From positions 1 to 31,612 of IMG/VR virus record IMGVR_UViG_3300034190_003036: DNA of 31,612 nt; one strand, given 5' to 3'. The notes under the pieces are model-generated. The model did not search any database and was not told where the DNA came from. It saw nothing but the letters and a program-made list of their open reading frames with translations. The translations under genes and the position numbers were made by a program. The first letter of the stretch is position 1. The number at the start of each line of letters is the position of its first letter. This document shows positions 10,801 to 18,508 of this stretch, piece after piece. Origin of the DNA: a virus (Duplodnaviria > Caudoviricetes).

Positions 10801-11145
10801 CGCAAATGCAAGCGTACCACCAGTGGAACTGGCGTGCATCATGCCGTCACCAGCAGTCGCACCGTAAACTTTCAGCCTATTTAATTTACCGATGATGTCA
10901 GTATTTGTTCGAACTCTCCAAGTTTCAAAGGTATCGTTTAGTGATACGTCTGGAATCTTATAGTTTCGGAAAGCAGTTGATAGCGTGTAACCTTGAGCGC
11001 CACTATTTGTAAAATCAAATTCGTGTTTACCATACTCACTTGGGAAAATGCTCCCCGTACCACCAGGCAGCGCCCACGGTGCAGTGTATCCTGCGATACC
11101 GTAAGCGTAAGTGTAACCTGTGCAACCTCCGAAGTAACCTGACAT
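7822..11145 (-). CDS. Multi-domain tail fibre / receptor-binding protein
   Basis: N-terminal V.LNDTFETWRVRTN motif seen in T4-like fibre proteins; two internal decoration-like modules; C-terminal NQLINGSFDFWQRG...ADRW...EQRI...TASFYAK...QVKLEQG...QRFY carbohydrate-binding-like domain. Confidence 0.75.
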   Translation of the reverse strand: MSGYFGGCTGYTYAYGIAGYTAPWALPGGTGSIFPSEYGKHEFDFTNSGAQGYTLSTAFRNYKIPDVSLNDTFETWRVRTNTDIIGKLNRLKVYGATAGDGMMHASSTGGTLAFAFSGNVLRTHTTFCNNVSVGKSLRVNGKLIGGADLGEDGNSTQGFTIGYNFDQNILVLNNQDDHVGCDFAGFIVGGGVTGPNPDSVFNSPNGGPGADHFVFDRPYMLHKDNMWRTKEGLWLEGKLNHSSIYSGRTLAGSTGEDYPFAPYGYTGCGLTYSTSAEGGVSRVFFGPTLSSNIYLDFDGRNGVYGGTGDAWYTPFGTRATGGKEGALVISNSDGPLVEFDTNYATSDFGVGFTRILRGANSKRINKTNHNFKVGNVLRYRNEGTDVGFTFASAMGYSETHGDSINASEVVGMVSNVPNKDSFDLTFLGEVSTTDTNWKKVIVGGNSLSPGCVYYCSVYGGSQRGKIQKEQPGVVGLVSKPVMIATGVTTGVFLPMTGQVLGQTGCSSSNGGSTDANYGGASGNDATIFSKGFDTSSESFSVGQVVAFDPSRPSGLRLADYTKSGNLSQPLGVVVEVNTTTGLVDIMTGGYLSLRENIVSSTGTYYLGEDGSLSFVPPPKAIKILDAIAPNTFVVNIQNASVNSQADTGAGSYEVRGSDEAAPGQTLNIRSATGSTGYTYDNVLRVNENQLINGSFDFWQRGVGVTAVNGYTGTSHTFFADRWIRVSQTGTGGFFGNNPYTGKSSGTHRVLDYKLKREKFDKKQVKVEGHPNFYSVIKGAITYAGGTNNNEYYKVEQRIPDVTSFAGQVMTASFYAKGSVTGDMHLAWLQNYAGGSTGPTPGATTGGGIFGPSAGVGPTASQKLTPITDFRLGTDWSRYAYSFFVPEVSDADGASGEVFTNLSRGPTAEHYAAISFFTQLTSLPDGTHKNINYGGEVSLAQVKLEQGNVSTFIETKDLDSEFRKVQRFYQHSYDLGDNTGQNTMRTELQPDIRGETFVVTGNFLHVVKFPVSMRAVPTVGIISPTGIVNEGFNRDAGKDMRFTSGTISSLGEMRTTQGNSENLSVFTDRESGLEIRVIRGASKLDSITVHYFAEAELNKDLPDGPVER

Positions 11146-11156
11146 CTATTTCTCCG

Positions 11157-11801
11157 TTATCCTAGTGATACTGGTGTGCCATTCATAAAGTAAGGCACAT
11201 GATTAGCAAAATAAATTATGTTTACGATACCTGTGGGAATAGATCCCTCTGATGCTGTGTAAGCACCCATATTCAACACCTCCATTTTATAGCGAGATGC
11301 GCCTGGTGCTGACGAGTTGTAGTATCCTTGAGCGTTATCTAACAGTGTGGGATCAACCTCAACATTCGCAAAACCATCTTGTGCTTCAAACTCTCCACCA
11401 TCTGGATTCACCTGTGTTTCTCTATACTGAAGATAAACAAAAGGCTGACCCTCTGAAGTTGAAACTGTAAATGTTTTTTGTGAGTCCACATAAACAGCAT
11501 AACCCAACTCTTTGTCTTGGGGTCGAATCAAAACATAGCCTGGATTCAAGGTAACATCAAAAGTGCTGGGAGAACCCGCTGAGCCCGTAAGTCTACGAAC
11601 ACTTAATGGTGCATCTAAAATACCACTGTCTCCAACGACTTTTCTTGCTAGTGCATAGAACTGAGCCTGAAGTAATGTTTGCATTTGGGTCAGTTCTCTT
11701 GCTTGAATAGCAAAGCCTGGACGGAATCCCATCTGCAAAAAGTTTTTTGTTTTATTGTAATCATCAAGACCTGAATCTTGAAATTCAAAAAATACTGCCA
11801 T
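11157..11801 (-). CDS. DUF4815/VrlC-type virion structural protein, N-terminal domain only
   Basis: DDYNKTKNF...FRPGFAIQARELTQMQTLLQ and DPTLLDNAQG..N..APGASRYK motifs; sits directly after gp8 as in marine T4-like phages. Confidence 0.8.
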   Translation of the reverse strand: MAVFFEFQDSGLDDYNKTKNFLQMGFRPGFAIQARELTQMQTLLQAQFYALARKVVGDSGILDAPLSVRRLTGSAGSPSTFDVTLNPGYVLIRPQDKELGYAVYVDSQKTFTVSTSEGQPFVYLQYRETQVNPDGGEFEAQDGFANVEVDPTLLDNAQGYYNSSAPGASRYKMEVLNMGAYTASEGSIPTGIVNIIYFANHVPYFMNGTPVSLG

Positions 11802-11820
11802 GGTTGCTTCCTTACTCTTA

Positions 11821-11828
11821 TATGTATA
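11821..11828 (-). promoter_or_regulatory. Candidate late promoter variant TATACATA
   Basis: One mismatch from T4 late consensus TATAAATA, in the 27-nt gap ahead of the AAGGA SD and ATG at 11801. Confidence 0.55.
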
Positions 11829-13460
11829 TCAGATTTGTGTCACACCGTCACCACCGATGATCGCTCTAAACACAATTCCTTGAGATTGTGTTATAGCATC
11901 TGACGCTCCTAATTTATTTGTGTAGAGAGGTATCGTGTCCGTTCCAAATCTACCCTCTCCCTCATCAAGACTCGATGTAGCATTCGCTTGAATGATACTT
12001 GCATCTGCACCAATTTCCGTACTGATCGTGTCTGTTGTTCCAACAGCGAATCCCAAAGTTGGAACTTCTGAACTAGAGAATACTGAAAGATCTGATCTTG
12101 CTGCTTTGACACTTGTATTAAGTTTTTTCTGAGTTCCCGAATCAGTAGTATAATTAATTTTATAAAGTCTATCCAGATTATTAATTTTATGATCACCCCT
12201 AGTTAACTCAACTTTTTTTTCTGTTACATCGATGGCTGCTATTTTATTTCCTGTGCTTCTCGTCCCACCCGATAGGTTTGAAGCATTCAGGGTATCACCC
12301 ACCGCTAAACCCGTAGTCGTCGATAACGTAACTTGATCTGACATTCTGAAGGCGGTGTTTTTACCCAAAACCGTTTCAATGTTTTCTCCACTTGAGTGCT
12401 TTAAGTTTTGAACAAGAGATACAGAATCAAAATTAGTTACATTTGACACCTTTTGTATTTCGGAGGAATCAATATGTGCGACGAACATACCTTTGTCAGA
12501 ATTTAAGATACTTGGAAAATCTAAATTACCTAAAGTAATAATTGGTTTGATAAGAGGACCAAACTTACCTAAACCAGTGATAAATTTAGACCCCACTATT
12601 TGGTCAACGTCAAGATTATAAGTTCCATTTTTATCAGGATCACTGCTTAACTTGAGATTGTTTACTGATGTGGTATAACCCGAACCACCATCTAAAATTA
12701 TAATGTCTCGTAATGAATAGCCTCTACGAGTGGTCACAGCATTGTCGCTGTCGAAATCAAAAGCAAAGTTAACATTTGCTTCATCTCCTGTAATTTGTTT
12801 AAAGTTAAATGATGGTTTTTCGTCCCATCTAAGTTCTTTGATCGCTGGATCTATATCAAACCGAATAATTCTACCTTTTAAATCATTCCAGTAAGATAAA
12901 GTAGAGTTGCTCAACTTGAGAGAACTTGTCGATGGTGCATTGTCAATATCATCTTTTGAAGGAACAGGTATGTGTGATGATGTCAAAAACTTAAAAAACT
13001 TACCAGTAATATTGTATAACCGAAGCCATCTATATCCATCATCTGATGATATGATTGTTCCAAAGTTACCATCAGGTCTAACCGTACTGATTGATCCTTT
13101 TTGATAAGCATCACCATTTTCAATACAAAGATAGACTGATAAAGTATTATCAGGGGATGTAACGAGAGCGTAGTGATTTGAGTTTTCTCTGCTTGGATCA
13201 TAAGCGTTAAATACTTTACCACTTCTCCAGTCATTTCTTTCAGCGACTAAAGCAAAACTATCTTCACCGTCTATAGTTTTTCCTACTACAGCACCACCTA
13301 GTGTTTGTTTTGCCTCATCAGAGTTTACTGACTCATCTCCCTCAGCAGAAAACCTACCAACCACAAAAGTGATAGGATTAACCTTAGACTCATCTACGAA
13401 AGTCTTCGCAAAAGTTTTGTTTATTAACTGAACTATACCAGCGTTTGCTTTCGAAGCCAT
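11829..13460 (-). CDS. gp8: Baseplate wedge subunit gp8-like
   Basis: R.DW.SGK.F.AYD, VYLCIENG, STVRP, SDDGYRWL.LY, FLTSSHIPVP motifs; synteny gp25-gp6-gp7-gp8. Confidence 0.85.
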   Translation of the reverse strand: MASKANAGIVQLINKTFAKTFVDESKVNPITFVVGRFSAEGDESVNSDEAKQTLGGAVVGKTIDGEDSFALVAERNDWRSGKVFNAYDPSRENSNHYALVTSPDNTLSVYLCIENGDAYQKGSISTVRPDGNFGTIISSDDGYRWLRLYNITGKFFKFLTSSHIPVPSKDDIDNAPSTSSLKLSNSTLSYWNDLKGRIIRFDIDPAIKELRWDEKPSFNFKQITGDEANVNFAFDFDSDNAVTTRRGYSLRDIIILDGGSGYTTSVNNLKLSSDPDKNGTYNLDVDQIVGSKFITGLGKFGPLIKPIITLGNLDFPSILNSDKGMFVAHIDSSEIQKVSNVTNFDSVSLVQNLKHSSGENIETVLGKNTAFRMSDQVTLSTTTGLAVGDTLNASNLSGGTRSTGNKIAAIDVTEKKVELTRGDHKINNLDRLYKINYTTDSGTQKKLNTSVKAARSDLSVFSSSEVPTLGFAVGTTDTISTEIGADASIIQANATSSLDEGEGRFGTDTIPLYTNKLGASDAITQSQGIVFRAIIGGDGVTQI

Positions 13461-13461
13461 T

Positions 13462-14877
13462 TTATCCTCCTATTGACCCACAACCCGCAGTCGATTCTGT
13501 CGCATTGTTCGGTGAACCTACGTTAGTATTTATAGCAGACAGAAACAAGAAAGCGCCTAGAGATATGTTTTTCATTTCTGTTGCTGACTGCACCGTGACT
13601 GACCACGAATTCGGATGATGGAATATTCTGAACCCATTGATACCAATTTGTGCTGCCTCTTCACCCCCAGTAAATCCTGTTCCACCGATACCAGCCCAAG
13701 GGTGATCTGCACCGCATATGCCTAACGGGAATCCCATAGAGAATCCCTTATTCAATGCACCAAACCCACCTACTTGATGTGCGGTTGTACCAGCCTCGTC
13801 TTTATACCACAGTCCACCCGTATCTTGAAAGTGCTGACTCGTATATGAAATACCTGACGCTGCGACATACGGATTATATCCACATGGGTACAAGTCCGCT
13901 CCACTTGCATTATCTCTCAAGTTTGTAGACGTTGAAAAACGATATGGTGTGTAGTTACCGATGACGGGAATCTCAATCGGGACTGTTGTACCAGTTGTGC
14001 CTGGTTGATCAAAGATGTCTGTAAGAACGTAATTACCCGCGATAAACATACCAGCAGGGTGTAATACTTCTTTTACATAATCCTTATATGAGTCCCAATT
14101 AATATCTGTATCGATTAGATAAGAATAGTTTTGGTAATACTTGTTGTCATGGATTCTAGAAAATCCACTGATCAATCCCTGTTCATTTCCATAGTAGACA
14201 CCGCATACTGAGCCTGGTGCAGCAGGTTTACCAGCAGCATTGAACTCAGAACATGCTTCATAAGTTGCTCCTGCTGGACCAGTGTATCCTGCGGACGCTC
14301 CCAGAAACGATCCCTCCGAGCATACATGTAATAATTTTTTAGGATAATCAATCTTTACATCGGTTGCATAAAAAGTCTTGAAGAAAAAGTCATATGCCTC
14401 TTCTGTGCTTTTTAATTGGTAAAAGTTTTTTACATATCTCAAAAAGTTACGAACATTAACCGAGGAGTTTGCAGGGTCGTCAAAGTTTACGACGTTTACG
14501 GACTCGCCCTGCTCATCTTGTTTAAATGTTTTATTGGGAAGTCCTGTAGCGTAGATGTTTTTAAATATCTTAAGCATCTCATTCGGACACTCATCGATGT
14601 CTTTCAGTAATGCTACTCCACCGATGCCCTGTTGTAGTTCTAACCATTTATAGAAGAGTGCTACAAACTGAGTAAACTTATCGTATAATTCTGTAACGTG
14701 ACTAGGTAATCTATCGATAGCATAAAAATTAAAATCACTTGATGGTTTTGTCTCTTGTAATTCTTCAGAAAACGCAATCTGAGCATCTACAGCCTTCGCC
14801 CATGAGTCTAAGAACTCACTAGGTGATCGAGCGGTATCTCCGTCCCCAGATGCGCCTCCTTCAAGAAAAAATGTCAT
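13462..14877 (-). CDS. gp7: Baseplate wedge initiator gp7-like (compact)
   Basis: LP..V...Y.KF.QFV..FYKWLE, FY..KST..AY.FFF...Y...V.I.YP, RIHDNKYYQNYSY and VK.VLHPAGM motifs; ATGA overlap with gp6. Confidence 0.8.
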   Translation of the reverse strand: MTFFLEGGASGDGDTARSPSEFLDSWAKAVDAQIAFSEELQETKPSSDFNFYAIDRLPSHVTELYDKFTQFVALFYKWLELQQGIGGVALLKDIDECPNEMLKIFKNIYATGLPNKTFKQDEQGESVNVVNFDDPANSSVNVRNFLRYVKNFYQLKSTEEAYDFFFKTFYATDVKIDYPKKLLHVCSEGSFLGASAGYTGPAGATYEACSEFNAAGKPAAPGSVCGVYYGNEQGLISGFSRIHDNKYYQNYSYLIDTDINWDSYKDYVKEVLHPAGMFIAGNYVLTDIFDQPGTTGTTVPIEIPVIGNYTPYRFSTSTNLRDNASGADLYPCGYNPYVAASGISYTSQHFQDTGGLWYKDEAGTTAHQVGGFGALNKGFSMGFPLGICGADHPWAGIGGTGFTGGEEAAQIGINGFRIFHHPNSWSVTVQSATEMKNISLGAFLFLSAINTNVGSPNNATESTAGCGSIGG

Positions 14878-16553
14878 GACGAAAGAACTTCCAAGTCACC
14901 GACTTTAGTTGAGAACAAAACCGCTCCCTGTGCTAAAACAGTATTTGATCTAGGTCTTGCTCTAATCTTAAACTCATCAGTATTTTGAATATCGTTAAGT
15001 TGAATCAAACCAGTTTCATAATTTACTGATCCTACATTTTTTATAAAAGTTGCATCCTGAGCGGAGAACATTTTTATAATTCCTCTACCATCATCGAAGA
15101 CGTAAACTAGAGGGAATGACCCGTTTATATTCGCTAGGAAGTTAGTCGATCTAACTACGCCTGGTAGATTTGTTCTCTGTAACTGGTTACGGAGAGGGAT
15201 GGTATCAGATATAGAGCCTTCTTCAACTGTTCTCTCCATATAAACCTCTAGTGTGTCTCCAATGATCCCATCATCTAAACTTGTTAAACCTACAGAGAAT
15301 ATTGGATAGTTGAATGCAACATCAAATGCTCCTCTCTGGTAACCGTTTATGTAATCTACAATATTTGACGTAACAACATCTAGACTTGTACCAGAACGAG
15401 TTGCATCCCAGAAAACGTTACCCTCTATAACTAAGTCTACAGGAATTGGTTCAACGAAAGTAGGAAGTATTGTTACCACTCCCTTATCTTTCATAAGACT
15501 CAACACGTTACTTTTTTGTCCAGAGGTCAATGGACCACCATCTACACCAACAGCACTCACATAAACTCGTCCGTAATTAGGAGGTTGATTTTCCTCACCA
15601 CCCCACACATTAGCACGAATTCCAGATTGACTGATTCCTGCTAAGTGATCGGATGCTGTCACATATCTACCCTGTGTTTGAAAGAACAGTGGGGCGTTCG
15701 TACGCACACTTTCAATATCTTCTACTTCTGATCCACCCACACCTGCTACAGTGGTTGTGATTACTGATACACCAGATGTATTGCTCACAAACTGAGCGAT
15801 GTTATTACCATTTGGACCAGCGGTTTCAAAGTATTCGAATCGAACCAATGCTTGATTGTTAGGTTTTTTACCTACAAAGTTATCACCGAAGTAAACTGCG
15901 TACTTGCCTCGTGTGCTTGTTGTTAAGTAATAAATTTTAGATTCAGCGGTGACACCAGCGATACTGCCTGGTAAGTCCGTAATATTCGTATATTCACTCT
16001 CTTGTCCGTTACCATTATCAACATAAACTCTTAAAGTATTTGTATCAACATTCTGTGACGGAATTTCAAATTTTTGATGATTTATAGATGAATCGTACTG
16101 ATAGAATCTATCATTTATCTGTTGACCTTGATATAACTCAATCTCTGTATCACCCGATACGCCGTATGATCTAACTGGGGTCCACTTTAGTCCACCACCA
16201 ATGAAGAGATCGCCTGGTTTGAGATTTGTTGTTCCTCGCACAATAACTTGCGCCCTTGCACCTTTTGTCGATGCAGGAAGATATGACAAAGGTTTTGCAT
16301 GGGAAAAAACGGATTCTGCTCTTTGTGCTGTATCGAGGAACCCTTCGTTCGCAATCATGTTTGCGTAATAACCATAGAGTGTAGAGTTATATGCTAACAA
16401 GTCCAGCAGTGCGGACATCGCAGATCCCTCGAAGTCATAATCATTGAATATTCCAGAACCTTGTAAATAATTTCCAAGGTCGGTTCTCAATTGACCAAAC
16501 TCAAGATCTCCTAGTTTAATGAAAGGGCGATCCCCTTCGTATATCTCAACCAT
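14874..16553 (-). CDS. gp6: Baseplate wedge subunit gp6
   Basis: DYDFEGSAMSALLDLLAYN, NE.FLDTAQR, FGD...GKKP, AP.FF.TQGRYVTASD, VWGGEENQPPNYGRVY, G.VNYETG motifs. Confidence 0.93.
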   Translation of the reverse strand: MVEIYEGDRPFIKLGDLEFGQLRTDLGNYLQGSGIFNDYDFEGSAMSALLDLLAYNSTLYGYYANMIANEGFLDTAQRAESVFSHAKPLSYLPASTKGARAQVIVRGTTNLKPGDLFIGGGLKWTPVRSYGVSGDTEIELYQGQQINDRFYQYDSSINHQKFEIPSQNVDTNTLRVYVDNGNGQESEYTNITDLPGSIAGVTAESKIYYLTTSTRGKYAVYFGDNFVGKKPNNQALVRFEYFETAGPNGNNIAQFVSNTSGVSVITTTVAGVGGSEVEDIESVRTNAPLFFQTQGRYVTASDHLAGISQSGIRANVWGGEENQPPNYGRVYVSAVGVDGGPLTSGQKSNVLSLMKDKGVVTILPTFVEPIPVDLVIEGNVFWDATRSGTSLDVVTSNIVDYINGYQRGAFDVAFNYPIFSVGLTSLDDGIIGDTLEVYMERTVEEGSISDTIPLRNQLQRTNLPGVVRSTNFLANINGSFPLVYVFDDGRGIIKMFSAQDATFIKNVGSVNYETGLIQLNDIQNTDEFKIRARPRSNTVLAQGAVLFSTKVGDLEVLSS

Positions 16554-17041
16554 TACCCTACCCTCTCTGTGACTATTTTAATATCAACAGTTTCTACTGC
16601 TGATGAAGTTACTGATTTTAGACGATATAAAATTCTAACGTTTAGTGTATTTTCATCTCTAGTATCTAGAACTGAAACCTCATCAACAATAATTCGTGGT
16701 TCAAATAAATCGAGTTGTTCTTTTATCTCTTCCTCTAGTTGAAACATACCCACACCAGGCAAGTTAGATTCAAATGGATCAAAAAGAAAATTTCTTACAC
16801 CTACACCGAAGTTAGTGTTAAATGGTTTTTCAAATTTGTTTGTAAGCACGATAGTCCTAACAGATTGTCTAATAGAGTCTGAGTCGAACACCCTAAGAAC
16901 ATCACCACTCAAACCCTGACTGACGTAAAACGGAGACGGTTTGAAAAAGAAGTTTAAGTCAGAATATAGTTTATCCTCAGTTGAACTTTTCGTTGCAACT
17001 TCACTACCCGTAAACCCTGAGTTTCTGACGTATACTGACAT
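16553..17041 (-). CDS. gp25: Baseplate wedge subunit gp25 (GPW/gp25 family)
   Basis: YSDL.F.F, SIRQSVR.IVLTN.FEKPF..NFG, FEPRI motifs; TAATG overlap with gp6. Confidence 0.92.
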   Translation of the reverse strand: MSVYVRNSGFTGSEVATKSSTEDKLYSDLNFFFKPSPFYVSQGLSGDVLRVFDSDSIRQSVRTIVLTNKFEKPFNTNFGVGVRNFLFDPFESNLPGVGMFQLEEEIKEQLDLFEPRIIVDEVSVLDTRDENTLNVRILYRLKSVTSSAVETVDIKIVTERVG

Positions 17042-17057
17042 GGCTGATTCCTCTACT

Positions 17058-17065
17058 TATTTATA
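17058..17065 (-). promoter_or_regulatory. T4-type late promoter TATAAATA
   Basis: Exact consensus in the intergenic gap upstream of the GAGGA SD and gp25 ATG. Confidence 0.8.
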
Positions 17066-17068
17066 TTC

Positions 17069-18487
17069 TTAAGATTGAACATATAAACCATCTCTTACAC
17101 AAGTCATAATATTCGTGTGTCTTCCTCCCTTTTGGAAAGTATGCTTGATACCAACAATTAACCACTTACCATCTAAAATTGAGTATGCATCCGCACCAGG
17201 CTCTCGTCCAGTGATTCCCTCAATATTTACTGATGGTGCGTTTTTTAATTCAATAATCATACCAACCTCTAATCCAAAATCGCCTGGAACAGTAATCATT
17301 ATCTCAGATGATCTTAATTGTGTTTCCTGTGCTTTTCGCAGCAGTGGAGTATTCAGGGGGGTGTTCCAAAAACGAACGTCTTTACTTGCAACATACTCCA
17401 GATACTCTGGATACTTTTCACCATAGTTTGGGAAGTTGCACTCAGTAACGTATTTAGGAAGAGTTTTTAATATTATATCAGGATCTACACAACCACAAAC
17501 ATCAGATGTAAACCCACCATCTGGCGGAATGACCAATCCAGTTTCTTCATCTACATCAGCCTCAGCACCGCAGACATATGATCCTGCAACATCTTGGTAG
17601 GGAGGTCTAGCATAATGATCCTTCACCGTAAAATCAGCAGGAGAGAATGTTACTCCCTGTTGTCCATGATCGATATCCATGAATTCTCTTTTATCGAATA
17701 GATCATCGTCTAACCAACCTTCCCACCACCATGTGTCTAGATCAGTTCCAACATACTCTTCTCCGAGTCTTTCACGAATTAATTCACATTCAAGTTTTAG
17801 ATTTTCATTTATCTCAGTTCTTAAAAATTCACATATTGCTTTTGTATCGTCGCAACCATCCTCACTAATTTCTGTAATAGAACGAGTCTCACCCTCAAGA
17901 TCTATAAATGTAGGAGGGGGACCAAAATCTGGTGGTGTAAAGTCCTCTTCATTATTCTCTGCTATTTTTTGTAAAGTATCAGTGATGTAATTTCTATACC
18001 TACACTCTCGATAGGCATCTTGAATTGATTTTATAAATTTTATTTGCTCTATAAGTTCATTTCTTAGTTCTTCGATTATGCGAAACTGATCTATATCTAA
18101 GTCTGTGTATGAATACCACGCATGTTTTGAATTACCTAAACCAAGATTAGCGGTGTATCGAAAACCATAACTGTCAAAATCATCTGTCAATACAGATGGT
18201 TCAGGTATCATAGGGTCGTCAAAATCCTCTTCTATAGAAACTGGAGGGTAATCTTCAACATGCTTAGTCTTACCCCAATCTTCTCGAATATCATAAGTTG
18301 CTCCTTGGGTTACAAACTTATCTTCGAGATCGTATCGATTGGTGCTATATTTTACATGCGGGACTCTATAAGATACGGGTTCGAGATCGTAATGACACTC
18401 CGCACGAACGGTTTCAAACGGTCGCTGTCTTTCGAGTGTAACATCATCGAGTCTGGTTTTTGATTCTTCTAATTCTTCGTATCCCAT
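17069..18487 (-). CDS. Acidic protein ending in the C-terminal part of a gp27-like baseplate hub
   Basis: Last ~80 aa ITVPGDFGLEVGMIIEL...DGKWLIVGIKHTF...TNIMTCVRD match the final barrel segment of gp27/gpD/VgrG-type hubs; the first ~380 aa are not recognised. Confidence 0.75.
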   Translation of the reverse strand: MGYEELEESKTRLDDVTLERQRPFETVRAECHYDLEPVSYRVPHVKYSTNRYDLEDKFVTQGATYDIREDWGKTKHVEDYPPVSIEEDFDDPMIPEPSVLTDDFDSYGFRYTANLGLGNSKHAWYSYTDLDIDQFRIIEELRNELIEQIKFIKSIQDAYRECRYRNYITDTLQKIAENNEEDFTPPDFGPPPTFIDLEGETRSITEISEDGCDDTKAICEFLRTEINENLKLECELIRERLGEEYVGTDLDTWWWEGWLDDDLFDKREFMDIDHGQQGVTFSPADFTVKDHYARPPYQDVAGSYVCGAEADVDEETGLVIPPDGGFTSDVCGCVDPDIILKTLPKYVTECNFPNYGEKYPEYLEYVASKDVRFWNTPLNTPLLRKAQETQLRSSEIMITVPGDFGLEVGMIIELKNAPSVNIEGITGREPGADAYSILDGKWLIVGIKHTFQKGGRHTNIMTCVRDGLYVQS

Positions 18488-18496
18488 AGTTGCTCC

Positions 18497-18508
18497 TATT
18501 TATTTATG
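18497..18508 (-). promoter_or_regulatory. Candidate late promoter (overlapping CATAAATA/AATAAATA)
   Basis: ATAAATA twice, immediately upstream of the AGGAG SD and ATG at 18487. Confidence 0.6.
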
